The notes beneath the pieces are model-generated. The model had not been told where the DNA came from. It saw only the letters and a list, made by a program, of their open reading frames with translations, and made no database searches. From the NCBI GenBank assembly GCA_963816185.1, contig CAWFJJ010000024.1, positions 320,001-384,000 of the forward strand: a stretch of 64,000 nucleotides of DNA, written 5' to 3'. Below, piece by piece: positions 29,197 to 37,391 of the stretch; position 1 is the stretch's first letter; every line of letters begins with the position of its first letter. This DNA comes from Thermoanaerobaculia bacterium. Its GTDB lineage: Bacteria; Acidobacteriota; Thermoanaerobaculia; UBA5066. A program made the translations under genes and the position numbers.

Positions 29197-29949
29197 ATGG
29201 CGTACAACATGGTCGTGAGCGCCGCAGACGTCGTCCTGTCCGCCGAAGGGCTCGCGAAGCGCTATGGCGACCGGGACGTCGTCTCGGACGTCTCCTTCGC
29301 GCTCCGCCGCGGCGAGGTGTTCGGGTTCCTCGGGCCGAACGGCGCCGGAAAAACGACGACGATCCGCATGCTCGTCGGCCTCGTGAAGCCGACGCGGGGC
29401 CGAGTCGTCATCGACGGGCACGATCTCGGGCAGCAGTTCGAGGCCGCGATGCGCCGCGTCGGCTGCATCGTTGAGACGCCCGACCTCTACAAGTTCCTGA
29501 CGGGGCGGGAGAACCTCGAGCACTTCGCGCGCATGCTGGGAGACGGGGCGGCGGGTCGCATCGACACCCTCGCGGCGCTCGTGCACATGGACGGCCGCCT
29601 CGACGGCGTCGTGCGCACGTACTCGCTCGGCATGCGCCAGCGCGTCGGGATCGCGCAGGCCCTCCTGTCCGACCCGGCCGTCCTGATCCTCGACGAGCCG
29701 ACGAACGGCCTCGACCCGGCGGGCATCCGCGAGATGCGCGAGCTCGTGCGCCGGCTCGCGGGTGAGCACGGCCTCGCGGTCTTCGTCTCGAGCCACCTGC
29801 TGTCCGAAGTCGAGAAGATGGTGGACCGCATCGCGATCGTTCACCGCGGTCGCACGCTCGCGGCGGGGACGCTCGGCGAGCTGACGGACGGCGGCAGGCG
29901 CGGGCTCGAGGACCTCTTCCTCGAGCTGACGGGCGGGGAGACGGTGTGA
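29197..29949 (+). CDS. ABC transporter ATP-binding protein (ABC-2/BcrA-like)
   Basis: GPNGAGKTT, YSLGMRQR, LDEPTNGLDP, SSHLLSE; start may be a few codons downstream. Confidence 0.92.
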   Translation: MAYNMVVSAADVVLSAEGLAKRYGDRDVVSDVSFALRRGEVFGFLGPNGAGKTTTIRMLVGLVKPTRGRVVIDGHDLGQQFEAAMRRVGCIVETPDLYKFLTGRENLEHFARMLGDGAAGRIDTLAALVHMDGRLDGVVRTYSLGMRQRVGIAQALLSDPAVLILDEPTNGLDPAGIREMRELVRRLAGEHGLAVFVSSHLLSEVEKMVDRIAIVHRGRTLAAGTLGELTDGGRRGLEDLFLELTGGETV

Positions 29950-29971
29950 GCGGCCGCGGCCGGAGAGCGCG

Positions 29972-30979
29972 ATGAGGGTGATGCTGGGGCTGGTCGAGAA
30001 CGAGTGTTTGAAGATTCTTAGAAGGAAGAGATTCAGGATCGTCTTGATCGTCCTGGCCGCGCTCTTGTGTCTCGTGGTCTTTGCCCAGTACCGGCAGCAG
30101 CAGAACCAGCGCAAGGAACATCCGGAGCGCGACTGGAAGGCGCAGGTCGAGAAAAGGGCATCGGACCTCGAGCGGCAAATGAACCAGAGGCGGGGTATCC
30201 CGGAACAGTGGAAACGGTGGATGCGCTACGAGGCTGGAAGACTTCGTTATTACCTTTCCAAGAATCTTAATCCGAATTCCTTGTCCGGCCCGATGTTCAC
30301 GCGCGGGTTCGCGGGCGTCGGGAGCGTGCTCCTGATCCCGCTCCTCATCGCCGTCTTCGGAGCCGATCTCGTCTCGTCGGAGTTCGCGGAGGGCACGATC
30401 ACGTTGCTCCTCACGCGGCCCGTGACCCGCTGGAAAGTGCTCCTTTCGAAGGTCGTCGCGATGATGCTCTTCACGTCGTTGACGCTCCTCGCAGCGTTCC
30501 TTCTCGCGTGGGGCATCTCGGGGGCCGCGTTCGGCTGGTCGGGGTGGGGCGCTCCGATCCTGACGGGCTTCCGCCTGTCGGGCTCCTCGGCTTCGGCCGC
30601 CTTCGACCTGAGGGGCGTGCGTATCGTTCCGCTGTGGCAGGACATGTTCGCCGCGTGGGGCCTCGCCTGGTTCTCGGCCCTCGCGGTCGGGTCGATCACG
30701 CTGCTTTTGTCGGTCGTCTTCCGGTCGGCCGCGGCGGCGATGGGCACGATGATGGCGACGCTCGTGGGCGGCACGATCCTCTCGCGCGTCGCCTCCGATT
30801 GGGACGGCGCAAAGTGGTTCTTCGTGACGAACCTGCCGCTGCCCGACTTCTACGCGGGCCTCCCGACGCCGTTCGAGGGGATGACGCTCGCCTTCTCGGT
30901 GTGGGTCCTTCTCTCGTGGGCCGTCGCGTCGCTCGCGGCCGCTTTCCTGCTGTTCACGACCCGCGACGTGACGGCGTAG
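29972..30979 (+). CDS. ABC-2 type permease
   Basis: NECLKI, DLVSSEFAEGTITLLLTRPVTRWKVLLSK, multiple TMs, FTTRDV. Confidence 0.88.
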   Translation: MRVMLGLVENECLKILRRKRFRIVLIVLAALLCLVVFAQYRQQQNQRKEHPERDWKAQVEKRASDLERQMNQRRGIPEQWKRWMRYEAGRLRYYLSKNLNPNSLSGPMFTRGFAGVGSVLLIPLLIAVFGADLVSSEFAEGTITLLLTRPVTRWKVLLSKVVAMMLFTSLTLLAAFLLAWGISGAAFGWSGWGAPILTGFRLSGSSASAAFDLRGVRIVPLWQDMFAAWGLAWFSALAVGSITLLLSVVFRSAAAAMGTMMATLVGGTILSRVASDWDGAKWFFVTNLPLPDFYAGLPTPFEGMTLAFSVWVLLSWAVASLAAAFLLFTTRDVTA

Positions 30980-31316
30980 CCCGGGGAGCGGGCGTCGGTC
31001 GAGGTGTCGGCGTGCGGGCTTTCGTCCGCTGTTTCACGTAGCCGGGCCAGCCGTGCGTGACGAGCTGGGAGGCGGCGCCCTCCGCCTCGGCCTTCGTATC
31101 GTAGGGGCCCGCGAAGAGCATCGTGAGCGCCGGGCCGTCGGCGCGTGCGAGCGGCTCCGTCATGACCGGAAAGCCCGCCTTTCGGATGGACTCGACCATC
31201 TGCCTGAGGAACGAGGAGTCGGCGAAGGCCGCGAGCTGCACGACCCAGTCTGCTCGCGCCGCCTCGACGGAGGCGAGCAGGGCGGCAAGGACAATGCCGC
31301 GAAGGAGCGGCCTCAT
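30954..31316 (-). CDS. SPOR-domain secreted protein
   Basis: Signal peptide, WVVQLAAF, GPYDTKAEAE. Confidence 0.7.
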   Translation of the reverse strand: MRPLLRGIVLAALLASVEAARADWVVQLAAFADSSFLRQMVESIRKAGFPVMTEPLARADGPALTMLFAGPYDTKAEAEGAASQLVTHGWPGYVKQRTKARTPTPRPTPAPRATPSRRGS

Positions 31317-31372
31317 CTCTCGATCGTAGCACCCGGCCGAGCACCGCTCGCCGAGCCTAGAATGGCGCCTTC

Positions 31373-34300
31373 GTGAGCGACTCCTCCGCTTCCTCCGTCC
31401 TGAACGCGATGCTCGAGGAATTCGGCGACAACGCCCCGTTTGCGCTCGAGCTCTACGCGCAGTACCGGCTCGAGCCGGCCTCGGTGGGGGAGTACTGGAA
31501 GCAGGCGTTCCAGGAGATCGAGGAACGCGTCCCGCACGCGATGACAGGCCGGGCCCTGCGTCCGCTCGAGCTCGTCTCCGAGCTCCCGCCAGCCGAGACC
31601 GCCGCAACCGCTCCCGCTGTCTCGCCTGCCGGCCCCGCGCGTCCTCCCGCGTCCGGGCCGCGCGCCGGCGAGCAGGCCGTCGCCATCTCCGGCGGCGCCG
31701 CCACGATCGTGAGGAACATGGAGGCGTCGCTCGGCGTTCCAACCGCCGTCACGAACCGCGTCATCCCCGTCAAGACGATGGAGGAGAACCGCCGCATCCT
31801 GAACCGGCACCGCGAGGCGCTGGGCCTCTCGAAGGTCTCCTTCACGCACTTCGTCGCGTGGGCGATCGTGCGCGCGCTCGAGAAGCACCCGGGGATGAAC
31901 GACGCGTACGGCGAGGCCGGGGGCAAGCCCGTGCGCATCCGCAAGGCGGCCGTGAACCTCGGCATCGCGATCGACATCACGAAGAAGGACGGATCGCGGA
32001 GCCTGCTCGTCCCGAACATCAAGAGCGCCGAGAAATTGTCGTTCGGCGAGTTCCTCGAGGCCTTCGACGGCATGGTCTCGAGGGCGCGGAAGGGAACGAT
32101 CGAGCTGGACGCGTTCGCCGGCACGTCGATCACGCTCACGAATCCCGGCACGATCGGCACGACGGCCTCGGCGCCGCGCCTCATGCCTGGTCAGGGCGCG
32201 ATCATCGCGACGGGCGCCATGGGCTATCCGGCCGAGTTCCAGGCGATGCCCGAGGAGGCTCTCTCCACACTCGGCATTGCGCGCGTGATGAACGTCTCCT
32301 CCACGTACGACCACCGCATCATCCAGGGCGCCGAGTCGGGCCAGTTCGTCGGCACGCTGCAGAACCTCCTCCTCGGGGGTGACGGCTTCTACGAGCGCAT
32401 CTTCTCGGACCTCAAGGTGCCGCACCGGCCGATGCGCTGGGAGAAGGACTCGTCGACGCCGCTGTCGGCGGGAGGCCGCGGCCTCGAGGCCGTGGAGAAG
32501 CAGGCGCGCGTCCTGCAGCTCATCAACGCGTACCGCGTGCGCGGCCACCTCGTGGCGGACCTGAACCCGCTCGGCAGCGACTCGGTGCCGTACCATCCCG
32601 ACCTCGACCCGGCGACGTACGGCTTCACGCTGTGGGACCTCGACCGGCCGTTCATCACGAACGGCCTGGGTGGGCGGGACAAGGCCACGCTGCGCGAGAT
32701 CCTCGAGGTGTTGCGCCAGACGTATTGCGGAAAGATCGGTGCGGAGTTCATGTACAACCCGGACCCCGCGCAGAAGCAGTGGCTCATCGACCGCATGGAG
32801 TCGACGCGCAACCGGACGCTTCTTTCGGTCGACGACCGGCGGCGCATCCTGAAGAAGCTCGTCGAGGCCGAGAGCTTCGAGAAGTTCCTGCACATGAAGT
32901 ACGTCGGCCAGAAGCGCTACTCGCTGGAAGGCGGCGAGGCCGCAATCCCGCTCCTCGACCGCCTGCTCGACCGCGCGGCCGAGGCCGACCTCGGCGAGGC
33001 CGTCATCGGCATGTCGCACCGCGGGCGGCTCACGGTCCTCACGAACACCGTCGGCAAGCCGGTGGGGAAGATCTTCGCGGAGTTCGAGGGCGAGGTGGAC
33101 CCCGAGTCGATCCAGGGCTCGGGCGACGTGAAGTACCACCTCGGCGCGTCCGGTGCGCACGTGGCTCCCGGCGGCGCACGCCTGGACGTTTCGCTCGCCC
33201 CGAACCCGAGCCATCTCGAGGCCGTGGATCCCGTCGTCGAGGGCATGGTCCGGGCGAAGCAGACGCACCTCGGGGAGGACCGCGAGCACGGCAGGGTCCT
33301 GCCCGTCCTCCTGCACGGCGACGCGGCGTTTGCCGGCCAGGGGGTGGTCGCCGAGACGATCAATATGTCGCAGCTCCACGGCTACCGCACGGGCGGCACC
33401 GTGCACGTCGTCGTGAACAACCAGATCGGCTTCACGACGAACCCGGCCGACGCGCGCTCGTCGCCGTATTGCACGGACGTCGCCAAGATGGTACAGGCGC
33501 CCGTCTTCCACGCGAACGGCGACGATCCCGAGGCCGTCGTCCACGTCGTGGACATCGCGATCGATTACCGGAACACGTTTCGGCGCGACGTCGTGATCGA
33601 CCTCGTCTGCTATCGCCGCTACGGCCACAACGAAGGGGACGAGCCGAGCTACACGCAGCCCTTGATGTACCAGAAGATCAAGAGCCACGCCTCGGTTGCG
33701 CACCTCTACGGCGAGTCGCTCGTGAGACAGGGGCTCCTCGCCGCGACGGAGATCGAGGGGATGTGGGCGGCGGAGAAAGCCGGGCTGGAGCGCGCGTACG
33801 ACGAGACGCGCGGCACCGCGAAGGCTTCGTTCGCCGACTCGCTCGCCGTGCCCCCTGCGCCGCGTCTCCATCCGGAAGGCGACGCACGCGCACGCCTCGC
33901 GCGCATCGTCCGCGCGGTCTCGACGGTGCCCGAGGGCTTCGAGGTCCACCCGAAGCTGAAGCCCCTCCTGAAAAAGCGCGCCGAGTACGGCAGCGGGGAC
34001 CCCGATATCGACTGGGCCGGCGGCGAGATGCTCGCGTTCGGCATGCTGCTCCTTCAAGGAACGCCCGTGCGCCTCTCGGGGCAGGACTCCGGCCGCGGCA
34101 CGTTCAGCAACCGCCACGCCGTCCTCGCGGACTTCGCGAGCGGCGCGGAATGGGTTCCGCTCAACACGATCGCGCCCGAGCAGGCACGCTTCGAGGTCAT
34201 CGACAGCCTGCTTTCCGAGAACGCCGTCATGGGCTTCGAGTTCGGCTACGCGGTGGCCGACCCGTCGACGCTCGTCCTGTGGGAGGCGCAGTTCGGCGAC

Positions 34301-35077
34301 TTCGCGAACGGCGCTCAGGTCGTCATCGACCAGTTCGTCTCGGGCTCGGAGCAGAAGTGGAATCAGCGCTGCGGCCTCGTGCTGCTCCTGCCGCACGGGC
34401 AGGAAGGACAGGGGCCCGAGCACTCCTCGGCGCGCCTCGAGCGCTTCCTCACGCTGTGCGCCGAGGACAACCTGCGGGTCGCGAACGTCTCGACGCCGGC
34501 GCAGTACTACCACCTGCTGCTCGGGCAGATGGCGCGCGAGGACAAGAAGCCTCTGGTCGTCATGACGCCGAAGAGCCTCCTCCGTCACCCGAAGGCCGTG
34601 TCGACGCTGGACGAACTGGCGGACGGAGCTTTCCACCCCGTGCTCGACGATCCGGCCTTCCAGTCCGGCGACACGGCTTCCGTGCGCCGCGTCGTGCTCA
34701 CGAGCGGCAAGCTCGCGTACGACCTCTTCGCGGCGCGGGACAAGGCGGGGAAGCGCGACGTCGCGATCGTGCGGCTCGAGGAGTTCTATCCGTTCCCCGG
34801 CCGCGACCTCGGGCGGGTCCTCTCGGGCTACCGGCGAGACGCGGAGCTCGTGTGGTCACAGGAGGAACCCCGCAACATGGGCGGGTGGCGTTTTGTGCGC
34901 GAGCAGTTCCTCGACCGCAACGTCGAAGGCCTGGATCCCGCGCGCCCCCTCCGCTATATCGGCCGCCGTGACCTCGCCAGCCCCGCCCCCGGCTCCCACC
35001 ATGCTTTCCAGACCGAGCAGGACGCGCTGGTGGCCGAGGTGATGCGGGTGGGGGCGAGGGAGAAGGCGGCGGTCTGA
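31373..35077 (+). CDS. kgd: Multifunctional 2-oxoglutarate dehydrogenase (E2 catalytic domain fused to E1; Kgd/OdhA type)
   Basis: E2 motifs TNPGTIGT and STYDHRIIQGAESG, then E1 motifs AYRVRGH, SGDVKYHLG, HGDAAFAGQG, WEAQFGDFANGAQ, GPEHSSAR. Confidence 0.93.
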   Translation: MSDSSASSVLNAMLEEFGDNAPFALELYAQYRLEPASVGEYWKQAFQEIEERVPHAMTGRALRPLELVSELPPAETAATAPAVSPAGPARPPASGPRAGEQAVAISGGAATIVRNMEASLGVPTAVTNRVIPVKTMEENRRILNRHREALGLSKVSFTHFVAWAIVRALEKHPGMNDAYGEAGGKPVRIRKAAVNLGIAIDITKKDGSRSLLVPNIKSAEKLSFGEFLEAFDGMVSRARKGTIELDAFAGTSITLTNPGTIGTTASAPRLMPGQGAIIATGAMGYPAEFQAMPEEALSTLGIARVMNVSSTYDHRIIQGAESGQFVGTLQNLLLGGDGFYERIFSDLKVPHRPMRWEKDSSTPLSAGGRGLEAVEKQARVLQLINAYRVRGHLVADLNPLGSDSVPYHPDLDPATYGFTLWDLDRPFITNGLGGRDKATLREILEVLRQTYCGKIGAEFMYNPDPAQKQWLIDRMESTRNRTLLSVDDRRRILKKLVEAESFEKFLHMKYVGQKRYSLEGGEAAIPLLDRLLDRAAEADLGEAVIGMSHRGRLTVLTNTVGKPVGKIFAEFEGEVDPESIQGSGDVKYHLGASGAHVAPGGARLDVSLAPNPSHLEAVDPVVEGMVRAKQTHLGEDREHGRVLPVLLHGDAAFAGQGVVAETINMSQLHGYRTGGTVHVVVNNQIGFTTNPADARSSPYCTDVAKMVQAPVFHANGDDPEAVVHVVDIAIDYRNTFRRDVVIDLVCYRRYGHNEGDEPSYTQPLMYQKIKSHASVAHLYGESLVRQGLLAATEIEGMWAAEKAGLERAYDETRGTAKASFADSLAVPPAPRLHPEGDARARLARIVRAVSTVPEGFEVHPKLKPLLKKRAEYGSGDPDIDWAGGEMLAFGMLLLQGTPVRLSGQDSGRGTFSNRHAVLADFASGAEWVPLNTIAPEQARFEVIDSLLSENAVMGFEFGYAVADPSTLVLWEAQFGDFANGAQVVIDQFVSGSEQKWNQRCGLVLLLPHGQEGQGPEHSSARLERFLTLCAEDNLRVANVSTPAQYYHLLLGQMAREDKKPLVVMTPKSLLRHPKAVSTLDELADGAFHPVLDDPAFQSGDTASVRRVVLTSGKLAYDLFAARDKAGKRDVAIVRLEEFYPFPGRDLGRVLSGYRRDAELVWSQEEPRNMGGWRFVREQFLDRNVEGLDPARPLRYIGRRDLASPAPGSHHAFQTEQDALVAEVMRVGAREKAAV

Positions 35078-35100
35078 TCCGCTGCATTGACCGCGACGTG

Positions 35101-35445
35101 ATGAAAAAGAAATCCGCGAAAGCCGCCAAGACCTACGAACCCGACCCCGCCTTCGCTCCGGTCGTGGACGCGTTCGCCGGGAAACGCGACGTGACCCGGG
35201 GAATGATGATGGCGTCCTACGGCCTCAAGGTGGGGGGGAAGATCTTCGCGATGTTCGGGAAGGGGCGGTTCGTCGTGAAGCTTCCGAAGGCGCGCGTCGA
35301 TGCCCTTGTCGCGAGCGGGGCGGGTGCGCCCTTCGAGCCGATGCCGGGGCGCGCGATGAAAGAGTGGGTCGTCGTGAACGCCGGAGCGGTTGATTGGATT
35401 GCGCTCGCGAACGAGGCATACGGGTTCGTCAAGCGGGGGAAGTGA
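35101..35445 (+). CDS. TfoX/Sxy N-terminal-like small protein
   Basis: GLKVGGKIFAM, PFEPMPGRAMKEWV. Confidence 0.7.
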   Translation: MKKKSAKAAKTYEPDPAFAPVVDAFAGKRDVTRGMMMASYGLKVGGKIFAMFGKGRFVVKLPKARVDALVASGAGAPFEPMPGRAMKEWVVVNAGAVDWIALANEAYGFVKRGK

Positions 35446-35658
35446 GCGTCAACGGCCGCCGCGCCGGGAGATGATTCGTGCGCTCAGGAGCCGACCATCC
35501 GACGAGACAGTCGGGAGGCGCCGGGGGATCGGGACCATCGACGGAAGCATAGCGGGCTCAGCGTGGCCGGCGCGGCCCGAGCGCGCATGCGCCGGTCCCG
35601 GTATCCTTCGAAGCGTGGGCGCGACCGCGTGTGCGCCTCGATGAACGAGGGAGGATCC

Positions 35659-36198
35659 GTGAAGATACTTCGTCGCCTCGTCATTTTCGGCTGTGCCGCT
35701 CTCCTCACCGGGCTGCCAGCGGCCGCTGCGGACCGCGCCGCCGTCCTCCGCGCGGCTCACGAGGTCGCGCAGAGGGCCCGATACGCCACCTTCATCACGA
35801 TCGGGCTGGACGGGCAGCCGCAGGCGCGCATCGTGGACGCGCTCGAGCCGGACGAGGATTTCAACGTCTGGGTGGGGACGAATCCGCTCACGCGCAAGGT
35901 CGCCGAGATCGCGAAGGATCCGCGCGTCACGGTGTCGTTCTTCGACGCCGCGGGCCCGGCGTACGTCACGCTCGTCGGGGTCGCGCACCTCGTCATCGAT
36001 CCTGCCGAGAAGGCGAAGCACTGGAAGAGCGCATGGGCGCCCTTTTACAAGAACGAGTATCGCGGCGCGGACTTCGCGCTGATCGCCGTCGTCCCGCGAC
36101 GGCTCGAAATCGTCAGCGAGGGCCACGGCCTGATCAACGAGCCCCTGACCTGGCGCCCGGTCTCCGTCGAATTCCCCCCGAAAGCGCCGCCGCGCTAG
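35659..36198 (+). CDS. Pyridoxamine 5'-phosphate oxidase-like FMN-binding protein with signal peptide
   Basis: RBS GGAGG then GTG; ATFITIGLDGQPQAR, TRKVAEIAKDPRV. Confidence 0.8.
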   Translation: MKILRRLVIFGCAALLTGLPAAAADRAAVLRAAHEVAQRARYATFITIGLDGQPQARIVDALEPDEDFNVWVGTNPLTRKVAEIAKDPRVTVSFFDAAGPAYVTLVGVAHLVIDPAEKAKHWKSAWAPFYKNEYRGADFALIAVVPRRLEIVSEGHGLINEPLTWRPVSVEFPPKAPPR

Positions 36199-36251
36199 TC
36201 GCCGGCCCGCCACGCCGCGCGATATCGTTACCGGCAGGAAGTCGCCTCTCG

Positions 36252-37337
36252 ATGCCTCCCTATCTTCTCCAAACGCTGCCCGGCCCGTACCGTTTCTACC
36301 GTGGGGGCGAGATCCCCGAGGTGACGCTCGCGTACGAGACGTGGGGAACGCTTTCGCCGGCGAAAGACAACGCCCTTCTCCTCACGACGGGCCTTTCCCC
36401 AAGCAGCCACGCGCGCTCGAACGCGCTCAACCCGGAGCCCGGCTGGTGGGAGGAAATGATCGGACCGGGCCGGCCGCTCGACACGAACCGCTGGTTCGTG
36501 ATCTGCAACAACTCGTTCGGGTCCTGCCTGGGCTCGACCGGACCGGCCTCCACGGACCCCCGTACCGGTCGGCGTTACCGGCTCACGTTCCCGTGCCTGT
36601 CGATCGAGGACATCGCGATTACGAGTCGGCTCCTCCTGAAATCGCTCGGCATCCATCCCGTCGCCGCCGTCGTGGGCTCCTCGATGGGTGGGATGACGGC
36701 GCTGGCCTACGGCGTCATGTTTCCCTTCGAGGCGGATCGGATCCTGTCCATCTCGGCGGGTGCGCACGCGCTGCCGTTCGCGATCTCCATGCGGTCCTCT
36801 CAGCGCGAGGCGATCCGGCTCGATCCGGATTGGCAGGGCGGCGGATATCCGCCGGAGAAGCCGCCCAAAAGCGGGATGCGGCTGGCCCGGAAGCTGGGCG
36901 TCGCGACGTACCGGTCGCCGGGCGAGTGGAACGAGCGATTCGGCCGGAAGCGCATCGCGCCGCCCCCGGCCGATCCGTTCGCGACGCGCTTCGAGATCGA
37001 GTCGTACCTCGATCACCAGGCGGAAAAGTTCGTGGGCCGCTTCGACGCCAACTGCTACCTCTACCTGTCGCGGGCGATGGATCTCTTCGATCTCGGCGAC
37101 CATGGCTCGTCGATCGTGGACGCGCTCTCGAAGCTCAGGGCGTGCCGCACGCGGATCATCGGCGTGGAGAGCGACATCCTGTTCCCCGTCGAGCAGCAGA
37201 ACGAGCTCGCCGCGGCGCTTCACGAGGCCGGCGTGGAATCCTCGTTCGTGAGCCTCGGCTCCATCCACGGCCACGACTCGTTTCTGATCGACTACGAGCG
37301 CTTCGGTCCTGCGGTGGGAGAGTTTCTGAAGGATTGA
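36252..37337 (+). CDS. MetX-family serine/homoserine O-acyltransferase
   Basis: LAYETWG, TGLSPSSHA, GWWEEMIGPG, GSSMGG nucleophile, SDILFP, HGHDSFL. Confidence 0.88.
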   Translation: MPPYLLQTLPGPYRFYRGGEIPEVTLAYETWGTLSPAKDNALLLTTGLSPSSHARSNALNPEPGWWEEMIGPGRPLDTNRWFVICNNSFGSCLGSTGPASTDPRTGRRYRLTFPCLSIEDIAITSRLLLKSLGIHPVAAVVGSSMGGMTALAYGVMFPFEADRILSISAGAHALPFAISMRSSQREAIRLDPDWQGGGYPPEKPPKSGMRLARKLGVATYRSPGEWNERFGRKRIAPPPADPFATRFEIESYLDHQAEKFVGRFDANCYLYLSRAMDLFDLGDHGSSIVDALSKLRACRTRIIGVESDILFPVEQQNELAAALHEAGVESSFVSLGSIHGHDSFLIDYERFGPAVGEFLKD

Positions 37338-37391
37338 GGCTGCCCGGGGGCCCCGACCCGTAGAATGCGCCCTCGCATCCGGGAGGATCCG

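Noticed and set aside
31313-34636. Long antisense and alternate-frame ORFs (for example 1107 aa opposite kgd, and 1959-4460, 42860-44773, 58898-60622)
   Set aside because: Shadow ORFs expected in high-GC DNA opposite real genes; Arg/Ala/Pro-rich with no motifs
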